From: Octopus sinensis
Lineage: Eukaryota
DNA: 64,000 nt
Assembly (NCBI RefSeq): GCF_006345805.1
Contig: NC_043009.1
Location: forward strand, 27,156,001 to 27,220,000
Reading direction: 5' to 3'
Shown here: piece after piece, positions 1 to 31,464 of the stretch
How the letters are laid out: each line of letters starts with the position of its first letter
How positions within the stretch are numbered: position 1 is the stretch's first letter
The notes under the pieces: generated by a model
Seen by the model: the letters and a program-made list of their open reading frames with translations, nothing else
Databases searched by the model: none
What the model was told of the DNA's origin: nothing
Program-made: the position numbers and the translations under genes

Positions 1-502
1 TTTTTCTTTTTATTAACAAAAAAAGAGAGAAGGAAAGAAAATAGTGACGGTACGATTGATTGAGCCAACGTTTCCTTCATTTTAATGGTGGTGGTGCCGT
101 TTTGAAAATAATTTCAGGACAATTATTTTCAGATATTTGTGGTTCACTTAAGGGATGTCATTTTGTCTAATTATGTCGTTTTGATACTTTAATTACTGAT
201 TCATATTATCACAAGAAGAAAAACACAGAGCTGATAATTAAAATCATCGGGTGAAAAGTAAAGCGAGCGAGAGTAGTTATTTCCTCTGCATTCCTTTAAT
301 ATATAGGTGGTAAGACATATACTATAAAGTAGAGAAGTACGAAGACCGCGATATCTTATCACCGGTATACTTCACTTATGGGACACCGTAGGGAAGTGTG
401 AAGGCCGCTACATCTCATCACCGGTATTGTGCGGTCCAAGGTGAAAGAGAGTTTATACTTCAATTATGGGACGCCGTAGAACAAAATGTAAGAAACAGGA
501 TT

Positions 503-688
503 AAGAGTGGCTGTGTGGTAAGAAGCTTGCTTCCTAACCACGTGGTTCCAGGTTCATCCCCACGGCGTGGCCCCTTGAGCAAGTGTCTTCTACTATAGGT
601 TCGGGTCGACCAAAGCCTTGTGAGTGGATTTGGTAGACAGGAACTGAAAGAAGCCCGTTGTATACACACACATACACGCACGCACAGG

Positions 689-720
<32 letters not shown>

Positions 721-872
721 TTTATGTATGTGTGTTTGTGTTTGTCCCCCTGCCATCGTTTAATAACCGATGCTAGTGTGTTTATGATAACTCCGCCCCC
801 GCCGTAACTTAGTGGTTCGGTAAAAGACATTGATAAAATAAGGACTAAGCTTACAAAGAATAGCTGGGTCTG
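503..872 (+). mobile_element. tRNA-derived SINE, family 1
   Basis: Head GTGGCTGTGTGGTAAG...GGTTCA (A/B-box-like), body CCGACCAAAGCCTTGTGAGTGGATTTGGTAGAC and an internal microsatellite; many copies in the window. Confidence 0.85.
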
Positions 873-1852
873 ACACACGGTTTCGTTTCTTTTACGAATC
901 CGGCCTGCTGCTTTTGTAATGTTAATAGTAAATAATTAATTAAGTTTGCATATTATAATTCTGATCTATCAAAGGTTGTGAGTTTTTGACTAACTTTGTC
1001 GTGCATCACTGAATACTGATTTCACCTGAGCTGTCTGATGCATTCACAGTTACAGCTGTTAACACTAACCTACATAACATGCATAACCTGTTATATACAA
1101 GGCCATGCAGCTATTCAATTGATTTCACCTTCAACAAACTTATCGACGGACTGAATAAATCCTCAGCCAGCAGTTTGCACTTTTATTTCAGTTGAATGAT
1201 TACGATAAACAAAACATTTTGTGCGATGCTGATAGAGGTTGTTGCGAGTAGGCAAGTGGGAGAAACAGCAGGGAAAAAAGAAAAGAAAAGAAAAATACCC
1301 TATAAATATCATTATTCTGTGACCCGGATGAAAACATTCATATGGTTTATTACAAAGTAGAATAGAACAAATCGGTAAATATAATGACTTTGTTTCTGTA
1401 GAAATTCCTTTTTAAAAAACAAATATTAATGGCTTTAATGACAACGTGTCTTTGTAAACACGTTAACGTCTAACGTTACGTTTGTCTTTTCACATATATT
1501 TGCATACACACCTATACATGAGCGTACACTAACACGAACATACAGTTACTTAAAAGTGTGAGTGGAAGCGTGTACAGGAGAAGAAATACTCAACAACGAA
1601 ATTTAGGTGTTTGGAATAATTATCTTAAATGAAAGCAAGTGTAAACAAAAATGTTTACAGTTTACATATATGAAATTATTGTTCGTATTGTCAATGCCAC
1701 GATCACTATACTGTATTCATTTGACGGTGTTATGTACACTAGTTATTTATTTATACTTTGCTGGTTTACAAAACGTGGAAATTATTTAATATCGTTTGAT
1801 GTTATGGGATCATTAACAGTGTATTGTTATTATTTATGTTTTCAGTAATATT

Positions 1853-2075
1853 CTGCGAGCTGGCAGAAACGTTAGCACGCCGGGCGAAATGCTTAGCGAT
1901 ATTCCGTCTGTCTTTTCGTTCGGAGTTCAACTTCCGCCAAGGTCGACTTTGCCTTTCATCCTTTCAAGGTCGATAAATTAAGTACCAGTTGCATACTGAG
2001 GTCCATGTAATTGTAATCTCCTGGGCTCCTCCCTCAAAAATTTCGGACCTTGTGCCTAAAGTAGAAAAAAATATT
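1853..2075 (+). mobile_element. tRNA-derived SINE, family 2
   Basis: GAGCTGGCAGAAACGTTAGCACGCCGGG...GAGTTCAA...GGTCGACTTTGCCTTTCATCC; related copies at 7478-7697, 8050-8260, 57190-57400 and 57735-57955. Confidence 0.85.
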
Positions 2076-2133
2076 CTGCTAGCTACTACTACACCGCAAG
2101 CTGAGCTGTATCTCCGTGAAGGTGAGATGTGTT

Positions 2134-2229
<96 letters not shown>

Positions 2230-2230
2230 A

Positions 2231-2270
<40 letters not shown>

Positions 2271-2278
2271 ATATATAA

Positions 2279-2312
<34 letters not shown>

Positions 2313-3564
2313 ATATATACATTTATATAAATTTGTTCTAGTGTCTGTTTAGTATTTCTTATGTGCTGAAAAGTATGTGTAATGTGAGTTAGTAATTCCT
2401 TTGTTGGGTGTGTCTGTGTGTTTTGTTTTCGCTGTGTGTTTTATATTTGCTACGTAGATTGTGCTGTGTGGAGCGACAACTGTTTAACATGTAATCTGAT
2501 TTGCTGCTACTAGATCGCCGAATATTGATTTTGTAAGAGAGCGGACTGGTTGAGTTGCACTATAATAAATAGCGCGTGTGAGATTTCTCTCGTTCTAAAT
2601 AGAGCTGTGTGTAACAGAGCAGGATATGTTATTGCTCAATAGATATTTTTTTATTATAGTGAATCTACTATTAATTATTAGGACTAATTAATAATAGCAT
2701 TAATATCAATTTCAGTTTTATGTCGCACATCTTGCTAGCTTCAATTTCACTATACTTTGACAACGGCTTCATTCATGGTTATGTTTTCGTTAGGTGTCAT
2801 CATCCTCCATGTAACATTCCCATTCACCACGGTTCGATGGTTGTTATGTATGATACTTGTTATACGTTTACGTGTAACAAATGTGATGCAGGCTTGTCGC
2901 TTCTTATCCGTTTCCGCGTAGAAATATCGACATTTTACTCAACTAACACAGCAACAGGCTCGACCGCAGCATACGCTGACGTGGTAAGGCTGGACGTCCG
3001 GAAATCATGTGACCAATTGATTACATTTCACTGGTTGCACGGTCCGCAGTTGATGTTTCCCAGTATTCCATTCTTAATATTATTGGTCGCTACACATTGT
3101 CCTTTTGCATCCCAAGTCAAACCTATTTCTACTTTACAGCTCAGCACATACCGGCTACTGGTGAATTTATCTCTTACTTTCTTTCCCGCCTCTTTCCAAA
3201 TATCAGTCTTGGAGAAGATTTTACTCTATTTTAAAAAATTATTTCTGATTCCTTATCATTTTCTTTTTGTTGGGGCACCGTTTTGAAAGGGTTAGTCGAA
3301 CAAATGGACCCCAGTACTTATTTTTATACCTGGTTTATATTTAATCAGGTATTTTGACAATCCCCTCAGTTACGAAGAAGTAAACAGACCAATACCAGTA
3401 TTTGAGATGGCAAACACAAATTCATACACTCGAATATATACAAATAGATATGAGTGTGTATGTGTGTATGTTTGTATATATACATACAAACATACATACA
3501 TACATACATACATACATACATACATACATACATACATACATACATAAATACATACATATATATA

Positions 3565-3645
<81 letters not shown>

Positions 3646-3651
3646 GTGTGT

Positions 3652-4430
3652 TTTGGAATTTTTGGCGAACCAGCGTTTCTGATTAAGAGAAAGTCTTCTT
3701 TGTCCCCATTCATGTTGCAGACCACTATCAAGGTCACACGGTCCTTTGCCGTCTTAAAGCCCCTCACAGTTTTCTTGCAACTCTCGTTGAATGTATTCCC
3801 TAGTAATGCACGAAAGTAGATCCCAGTTTCATCGGTGTTGTAGATGTCATGTGTCTGATAAGATTTCTACAGAAGCTGCATGGTTATCTCACGCAACTGA
3901 TGGGCTCCATCGATGTCAATTTCAGCTGCATTACCTGCAAAATATGAAATGTTTAGTTTGTGTTCTCTGCAGAGAAACATGTGAACTAGTGAACTACAAA
4001 ACTTACAGAGAAAAATGTGAACTAGGGAACTACAAAACTTGCCTATTAGAACCGTACAAGAGGTTTCATGTCTTTTATGTCAATAGTAAAACCAACCTTC
4101 GGATGCTTAAAAATCATGTCCAGCAGCTTGAGCAATGGTGTTGGCTTTGTGCATTAGGATTTCACCGTTGACGGGGATGTTTCTCGAGCGAAGAAATTGA
4201 AACCAATCGTAGAGAACACGGTCTGTCTGTTGGTCCTTTTTCCTCTCGTTAGCGCTTTCTCTTTGATGAACAGCCATCGTGTTCTTTGGCACGAAGATCA
4301 TCCTCATTCATTAGCAAAATCTGGAGCAGACTTCTTGAAATTCCCAAACTCTGTGCTGCTTCACGCTGAATTATTTTCCCTAGAGCTTTGTAACATTATA
4401 ACAATTGAATCTTTTCTGCCATAAATTTGT
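3652..4430 (-). mobile_element. pogo/Tigger-like transposase remnant
   Basis: CENP-B-type HTH fragment (VLYDWFQFLRSRNIPVNGEILMHKA) and DDE fragment ([20 protein letters not shown]); broken frames; part is mirrored at 63225-63340. Confidence 0.8.
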
Positions 4431-4981
4431 CCTGGCTCTCTCTTTTCATTTTGAACATTTTGAAGAACTTGTGTGCGTGTGTGACCGCCTCTCTGCACGA
4501 ATAACGAATGACGTGGTTTTTCGCCAGCAGTCAGGTGGTACATATAATGAATGAGAAGGGTGTGTAATTTTGACAAGAGGTGTCCCAGAGCCTACTTTTT
4601 TTGCATGAATAACAGCTGCTACATATTTATTTCTATATTTTTGGATGATGGAGTGTACCACGTGATAGCTGGTTGACTGTGGCTGCTGGAGTCTACCAGT
4701 CATTATTTAATAGCGAAAAAAACCCAAAAAACAATTCATTCGTTCGCTGCCACTTGTTGGCAGTTTAGGAAGAAGCACTGACAATTAGTTTTATTAAGCG
4801 ATGGTTTGGATTTATTAGATATATATATTTATATATGTATATATACGACGGGATTCTACACAGTTTCCGTTTACCAAGTTTATTCGTATTGCCTTGCTTT
4901 GAATTAAACACTGTAAATTTGATTGAATGTGACGAATGAAATACCAGTATCAAATTTGGGTTCATGACCAGCAATTGTATC

Positions 4982-5057
<76 letters not shown>

Positions 5058-5092
5058 GTCTCAGCTCTGATTCCTGCAACGTTGTGTGTTGC

Positions 5093-5252
5093 AGGAGTGG
5101 CTGTGTGGTAAGTAGCTTGTTTACCAGCCACATAGTTTCGGGTTCAGTCCCACTGCGTGGCACCTTGGGCAATTGTCTTCTACTATAGCCTCGGGCCGAC
5201 CAAAGCCTTGTGAGTGGATTTGGTAGACGGAAACTGAAAGAAGCCCGTCGTA

Positions 5253-5302
<50 letters not shown>

Positions 5303-5520
5303 TGTGTGTATTTGTGTGTCTGTGTTTGTCCCCCTAACATTGCTTGACAACCGATGCTGGTGTGTTTATGTCCCCGTTACCTAGCGGTTCGGCAAAAGAG
5401 ACCGATAGAATAAGTACTGGGCTTAAAATAAGTCCTGGGGTCGAGTTGCTCGATTAAAGGCGGTGCTCCAGCATGGTCGCAGTCAAATGACTGAAACAAG
5501 TAAAAGAGTAAGAGTAAAGA
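5093..5520 (+). mobile_element. tRNA-derived SINE, family 1, full length
   Basis: Head, body, internal (TA)n and 3' tail CAGCATGGTCGCAGTCAAATGACTGAAACAAGTAAAAGAG. Confidence 0.88.
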
Positions 5521-5825
5521 GTATATATATATATATATGTTTTCTGATATACATACATAATAACAGTTCTCTTATATACAAAGTCACTTCAAGGTCATGG
5601 ATTAGAGATAGACGAAATTTCGTGGAAAGGACAGCTGGATTGTATATATATATATATATATATATATGCCGAAATAATTTGTTGGCCTTTTATATTCATT
5701 GTTTGTTATATAATATTATGTTATGCTATATTATATTCATCATATATCATGTAATATTATAATATAAATAAATTTTTGGATTATCAATAGTATCACTCTA
5801 TTTAATCTATTTCTTTGTCTGTTTG

Positions 5826-5899
<74 letters not shown>

Positions 5900-5925
5900 A
5901 ATCTTTCCATCTATCTTTCTAGCTC

Positions 5926-6900
<975 letters not shown>

Positions 6901-7477
6901 CACTCATATTCATATACTTATATATCTATATACATTTTTGATATTCCTATATTTTTCTATGTTCGATATATGAATATATGTCTTAATTTTGGACGAATTT
7001 TATCTTGATCAAATCTGCACACATATGTGTTGATAGTGGTTTGCCTAATCTTAATTTTTACCTTTTATGTTTTATACATAACGCTATATTAGAAGAAACT
7101 CGCGTAAGGTGCAGTGCAATGAGGCTAAACCTGGAACTGTGTGGTTGAGAAGCAGATTTTCTTTTTACCGTACCGCCCACGTCTGCGTCAAAAATTGGTG
7201 AACGTCCTAACAACAAAGGAACGTAAATTTTGACAACATAGTTTTATAATTTTGTTTTCACATTTGCTCTTTATCCAATTATTTATTTTATATGATGCAG
7301 CAGATAATAGGTACTGGGATGGTTTAATTACGTTATCTGGCGATTGGTGTTTCAGTGTTTCGACTACAAATGATGACGATATTTTATTATGGTTGAATAT
7401 TTTATGTTCTACTTTCAGAACGTGCTGGAATTGTGTCGATTAGTCAAACTAACTCCGTCTCATTGGATATTGGAAAA

Positions 7478-7697
7478 TGTTGGCTTAAAATTTTGGCACG
7501 AGGCCAGTAAGTTCAGGGGAAGGGATAATTCGATTACATTGATTCCAGTGTTCAACTGGTACTTATTTAATCAACCCCGAAAGTATGAGAGTCATAGTCA
7601 ACCTCGATGGCATTTGAACTCAACGTAAAAACCGATGAAATGGCACTAAGCATTTTTGCCGGCTGAGCTAAAGATCTGCCAACTCGCCGCCTTCCTT
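7478..7697 (-). mobile_element. SINE family 2 copy
   Basis: Reverse complement of the 1853 family; mirrored at 57735-57955. Confidence 0.8.
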
Positions 7698-7872
7698 AAA
7701 TAAATAAATATTAATTTGATAAAAAACCCCATAATGTATAAACTATTACTGCATACTGTGAGTAGACTTTGATATATTTTTCTGATTTATCTGATGCTTT
7801 TCTGTTGTTTTTTTCTGCCTGAAGTATTCCAGGTAAAAAGAATTGCAATTTCTACAGAGACTTTATTTTAAA

Positions 7873-26548
<18,676 letters not shown>

Positions 26549-27294
26549 TATTGTGGTAAAACAAGAAACTTTCACGATGGAAATAAACGTAGAATGCATC
26601 CGACGACAAAATGTATCGGAGAATTTCAGTTTCAAAATTCGTCCGCCCTTGATATTTTACTTTTAAAAATATTGAAGACAAAATCGATTGATTCATTGTT
26701 AATTTGTAACTCGTGTTCGAACGTTCCACATACTGACTTTTACTTACATGATACAATGCAACGCAGTAAGGGAAACAACTACATTTTACTTTCATTGTTC
26801 TGAAAAATGGTTTGATGGAACCTTGATGGCAATATATCTGAAAAGTGGGCTTCGAAACTATATATTATAATGGTATTCGCCAATCATTTATCGTATCTTG
26901 CATTTGAACATTAATGTTTTATATAATTCATACAACGATGGTGCCATATATAAAAAAACAAAAGGAATATATTTTCTTTTAGTTCAACTTTGAATTCATT
27001 TTGCATTTTCTCTCATATTATCACATCGACACACCATGGAATCTGTCTGCTGTACATTTATAAAATATTTTCTTTTGTGGGAGTTTAAGAAAACATGCTG
27101 AAATTCTAGAATGTGAAGTGCTAAATATACCGTACTATATTATGTAACTCCTGTTTTGTCTCCTTTTTTGTCGTTCATTTATTCATTGGTATTATATTCT
27201 GTACTGACTGACCAAATGGATTACTATAAAGCATATAGTATATTGAATGCTAACACGATGGTTGTTACTATCACTATAGCTAAACGGGATCATA

Positions 27295-27338
<44 letters not shown>

Positions 27339-27441
27339 AGGAGAATTTGTTATGGGGTTTGAAAATGCTTCTGGATCTGTTCTTAAGTAGATTTATTCAC
27401 AGACAAAACTAGTTCCAACAATTTTTTGATTATCAATGGTT

Positions 27442-27482
<41 letters not shown>

Positions 27483-28218
27483 CGAGCGGGGTTTTAGAAG
27501 AGTTTAAAATTACAAGGTAAAAATTGGAAAAACTTTTTTAAACCATCAGGTTTTCAAATGTTCACAGAAATTTCAGTGGGTTTCACAGGGATAGCAATAT
27601 CAAAGTAAATGTTCGGCGAAAACCATAACAAATGTACATTAATGAAAGTTCAGTCATACTGAGTTTCTATAGAATAAATGAAGAGAGAGAATAAAGAAAA
27701 GAAAAAGAAAAGAGTTCTTTTAAAAAATTTCTGCCGTGGTGCGTGTAGTTCTGTTTTTTTCAACTCTAGTCTCAGTGTATTGATCTCTTCCCCTTTCACG
27801 GCATTTTGGAATCGAAAGATACCTTGTGCATGTATATGTTTTCTCGGAAAAGGAGACAATTTTTGATTGTTTATAATTTTGATGACGTCTTATTTTTTCT
27901 CGGGGATGTGTTTGACCAAAGAATATATCTTTTGTTTTGTCAAAGTTTAACGTTTTGGTTGATTGGCTTCCTAGTTTCAAGGACAAGTTCTGATTGGTTG
28001 CATGTTTCTTTACGTCACTATTTTGACAAAGAATATTTTCCGTTTGGAACAACTTGTTTTTTGTTTTGGTCAAGTTCAGCTTCCTTGTATGGACTGGCTA
28101 ATTAGTTTTTTTCCTGATGGTCATTTACCGTTCTGGTTGGTTCGATTAAGAAAGCACTGCTTGTTTCTCAATGAGCGTCCAGTTCTCTCTCTCTCTCTGT
28201 ATATATATATATACTACG

Positions 28219-28259
28219 CTGCATTGATAAAGAGCAACAACCCTGAAACATGTCTGCAG
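28219..28259 (+). ncRNA. Minimal type I hammerhead ribozyme-like motif, U3-A8 core variant
   Basis: CUGCA-UUGAUAA-AGAG caacaa CCCU-GAAAC AU GUC-UGCAG; 5-bp stem I; one mismatch in stem II. Confidence 0.55.
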
Positions 28260-28423
28260 ATGTCTGACTAGCAAGGTGAAGCGGCTGACCTCCCCTGTTC
28301 GAAGGTTGTAATGGACGCAGGTTCGTGTGTCATATAGCTAGCTAGAGGCGGTGGCCTCTTGGAGCTAATCAGCGACAGCTTTTAGTCTTATATTTATAGA
28401 CTGCCATATTAGTATGGCGATAA

Positions 28424-28482
<59 letters not shown>

Positions 28483-28514
28483 AATAAAATTAAAATCAGA
28501 ACACAAAAGATATC

Positions 28515-28606
28515 GCGGTACACGTGTTTCAAGCTTTATAAACGACCTCTTCATTACATCATTGTATAATAGATATAAAAGATGGCTTAAAGCTCTCTTC
28601 AGCCGC
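28515..28606 (-). ncRNA. Type I hammerhead ribozyme (minimal, PLE type)
   Basis: GCGG-CUGAAGA-GAGCUUUA...UAAAGCUU-GAAAC ACGU GUA-CCGC: intact core, stems I and II, palindromic stem III loop. Confidence 0.8.
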
Positions 28607-29041
28607 ATACATTGTTATTCCAAAGAGTTACATCACAGTGTAAAAAATATGAAAAGTATATGTAGTATTACCCATTATAATAGGTATATCATATCTCCCT
28701 GAGAAAGTGTATTTGTAAATTTTGTGACTGTATAACTGTATAAAGATTCATTGGATTTCGAAAATCTGCCCACTCTGTATCACCAGTCAACATAAATTTT
28801 TTAAAAGAACTCTTTTCTTTTTCTTTTCTTTATTCTCTCTCTTCACTTATTCTATAGAAACTCAGTATGACTGAACTTTCATTAATGTACATTTGTTATG
28901 GTTTTCGCCGAACATTTACTTTGATATTGCTATCCCTGTGAAACCCACTGAAATTTCTGTGAACATTTGAAAACCTGATGGTTTAAAAAAGTTTTTCCAA
29001 TTTTTACCTTGTAATTTTAAACTCTTCTAAAACCCCGCTCG

Positions 29042-29074
<33 letters not shown>

Positions 29075-30159
29075 AAGGAAAATATAGGAAGGAAAATAGA
29101 AAGAAAGAAAGAAAAGGAAAAAAGGAAGAAAAGAAAATAGAGAGAGAAAAAAGAGAGAAGAGAAATTAGAGAGAAAAATAAATGTTAAAATATGAAATAA
29201 GGGATAATGGCCAAGGGTACTGGATGTAAAGGACAATGGAAGCAAAAGATAAGGATAATAAAGTAGTAAAAGAATAGTAAAGAATTTTAAAGAATTAAAA
29301 AAATTAAAATAAGGATAATAGTGTTAGAACTACATATAAATATAAAAAAAGTTGGTCAAATAAGGGTAACAAAAAATATAAAAATATAAAGAAATCTAAA
29401 AAATATAAAATAATAATAAAATAAAAGAATTGAGATAAAGAGATAAGATGCTAAAAGAGTTGAGAATAAGATTTTGGTTTTGATGGGGTGGTAATGGTCA
29501 TAAATCACTTCTTAATAGATATCTTAATTTGATATCTTTGTTATTAGTGGTCAGTTTATACCCATCCGCCACTACAAGTTACTAGCTTTATAAGTATATA
29601 ATATATGTGTGTATGTATTTACACTTACTTGTGCACATATATATAAGTATGTCTCATACAGTACAGCATGAGATACACAACCTTAAACATATGGAAATAC
29701 ACACATATCTCTACACATATCTACAGTTAAATATATACATATCTACAGTTAAATATATACATACACTACTAAGCATATGTACAGATATAGATATCTATAC
29801 ACACACATATATGCATATACATACATATATCCTCATATATATATATATACACCCCACACACATGCATACATATAAATCTCCCCATGTATAATATCTGCAT
29901 ACGTTTACGTCCATAGATTCATGTATACACACACACACATTACATCTTATAAGTGTCTATCTTGTTTTGGGGTACATAACAGTTTTAATTTAATAATATA
30001 ATACTTTAATATAATTTAATGTTCTACCTCCAAAGATTGAGTTCCATATATTAATTAATTAATTTTTTAATTAATTAATTTATTTAAAAGTTTAAAAAAG
30101 TGGGTTTAAACAATAATAAATCTCTGAACGAGATATAAACAGTAACTGCACGACAATGT

Positions 30160-30340
30160 GAGGTATACTTGCCATCTCAATATGGCTAACCACTAAGGGT
30201 GGGTGTTACTGTACTTTCTGTGCCCTTATGGTATTTAAATACCATAAGGGCACAGAAAGTGTGCCTAAAGCCAGCTGGAGACAAGCTACAGTAACACCCA
30301 CCCTTAGTGGTTAGCCATATTGAGATGGCAAGTATACCTC
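30160..30340. repeat. Long foldback palindrome (54 bp + 23 bp perfect stems, 27-nt one-sided bulge)
   Basis: 30160-30213 pairs with 30287-30340; 30214-30236 pairs with 30237-30259 with no loop. Confidence 0.93.
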
Positions 30341-31357
30341 TAAAAAGTGGGTTTATTTTCTATCTATGACAAATCCCGTAGGTCTGTTACTAAGTAACTA
30401 CAAGTCGGAGTGATGGATTATCAGTCAATGGAATGCATTAAAGGAAAGAAATAAAATGATGAAAGGATTTTTACAAGGATCGTTTTTAAAAATAAAACGT
30501 GATAGTAAAATGGTATTAGAATTAGTAAGATACTGATAGCTTAAACTGATAATATACCAATAATATATCAATTGTATATCTATAATATATCAAAAACTAT
30601 CAAGTATATTTCGAAATGCTCAAAAGGTATCTGACATAACACATTAAAAGATAAATAATAATAAATATTAATTATTAATAGGTTACAGAGAGGTAAAGAT
30701 CAAAGTGGTAAAGATCAAAATGGAAATGCTAAGATAAAAAATATAAAGAATAAAAGTAAAAGATCAAAGATAAAAATAAAAGTAAAAATAAAAAAATTGA
30801 ATAAGAAATAAGAAATAAGATAAGCTGAGATGAATATTAAGATGGAAGTTAAAGATAAACTACAAAGAAAAAATACAAAGAAAAAGATTATAATAATAAT
30901 GATCATGATAATCCTATAATATTACAATATAATATAATATAGTGACTGGAAAAATATATGTTGCTTGGAGGGATTTCAAGATTATCCACTTATGTAAATT
31001 ATACTCTTATAAACAATAATGAAGTTATTGGTGTTGGCTGGTAGTGATATTCTAAATTATAGAGTCAATGACTAGATTATTTAATCTATGTTCTGTATAA
31101 ATAAGTATAAGTAAATATAAAGGTTCTCAGATTGAATGATATGTGCATACTATCTGGGGATCGAATTTATTAAGGTGAAGGTAAACTTAGTAAGTAAGTA
31201 GTTGGGGATAAAACTATGAGTTGTTAATCCAATGCCTGAGTAGTGGCATGATGGAGTAGATGATGGAAATTCCAATGTGAGACGATCATGAAGGGATTAA
31301 AATAGGTAATGGAGATTTAAGGATTATAGTATTAAAGTACACACACACACACATATA

Positions 31358-31393
<36 letters not shown>

Positions 31394-31464
31394 TGTATGT
31401 ATGTATGTATGTATGTATGTATGTATGTATGTATGTATGCATGTATGTATGTATATATATATAT

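Larger units (their letters stand above)
27481..29043. repeat. 250-bp near-perfect inverted repeat (27481-27730 / 28794-29043) flanked by (TA)n
   Basis: Direct reverse-complement comparison; one mismatch seen. Confidence 0.92.

Noticed and set aside
340-480. Short spaced repeats (TCACCGGTAT, TATGGGAC.CCGTAG), superficially CRISPR-like
   Set aside because: Only two degenerate units each in eukaryotic DNA; no array and no cas genes.
503-580. tRNA-like sequences at SINE heads
   Set aside because: They continue into SINE bodies and lack a full cloverleaf, so they are not called tRNA genes.
2940-3050. CpG-rich patch with TGACGT, CCGGAA, CATGTGAC and CCAAT motifs (possible promoter)
   Set aside because: Short motifs only; the mirror lies outside the window, so conservation cannot be checked.
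2720-3286. 188-aa ORF
   Set aside because: No recognisable domain; the mirrored part in arm B has indels; it ends in a SINE tail.
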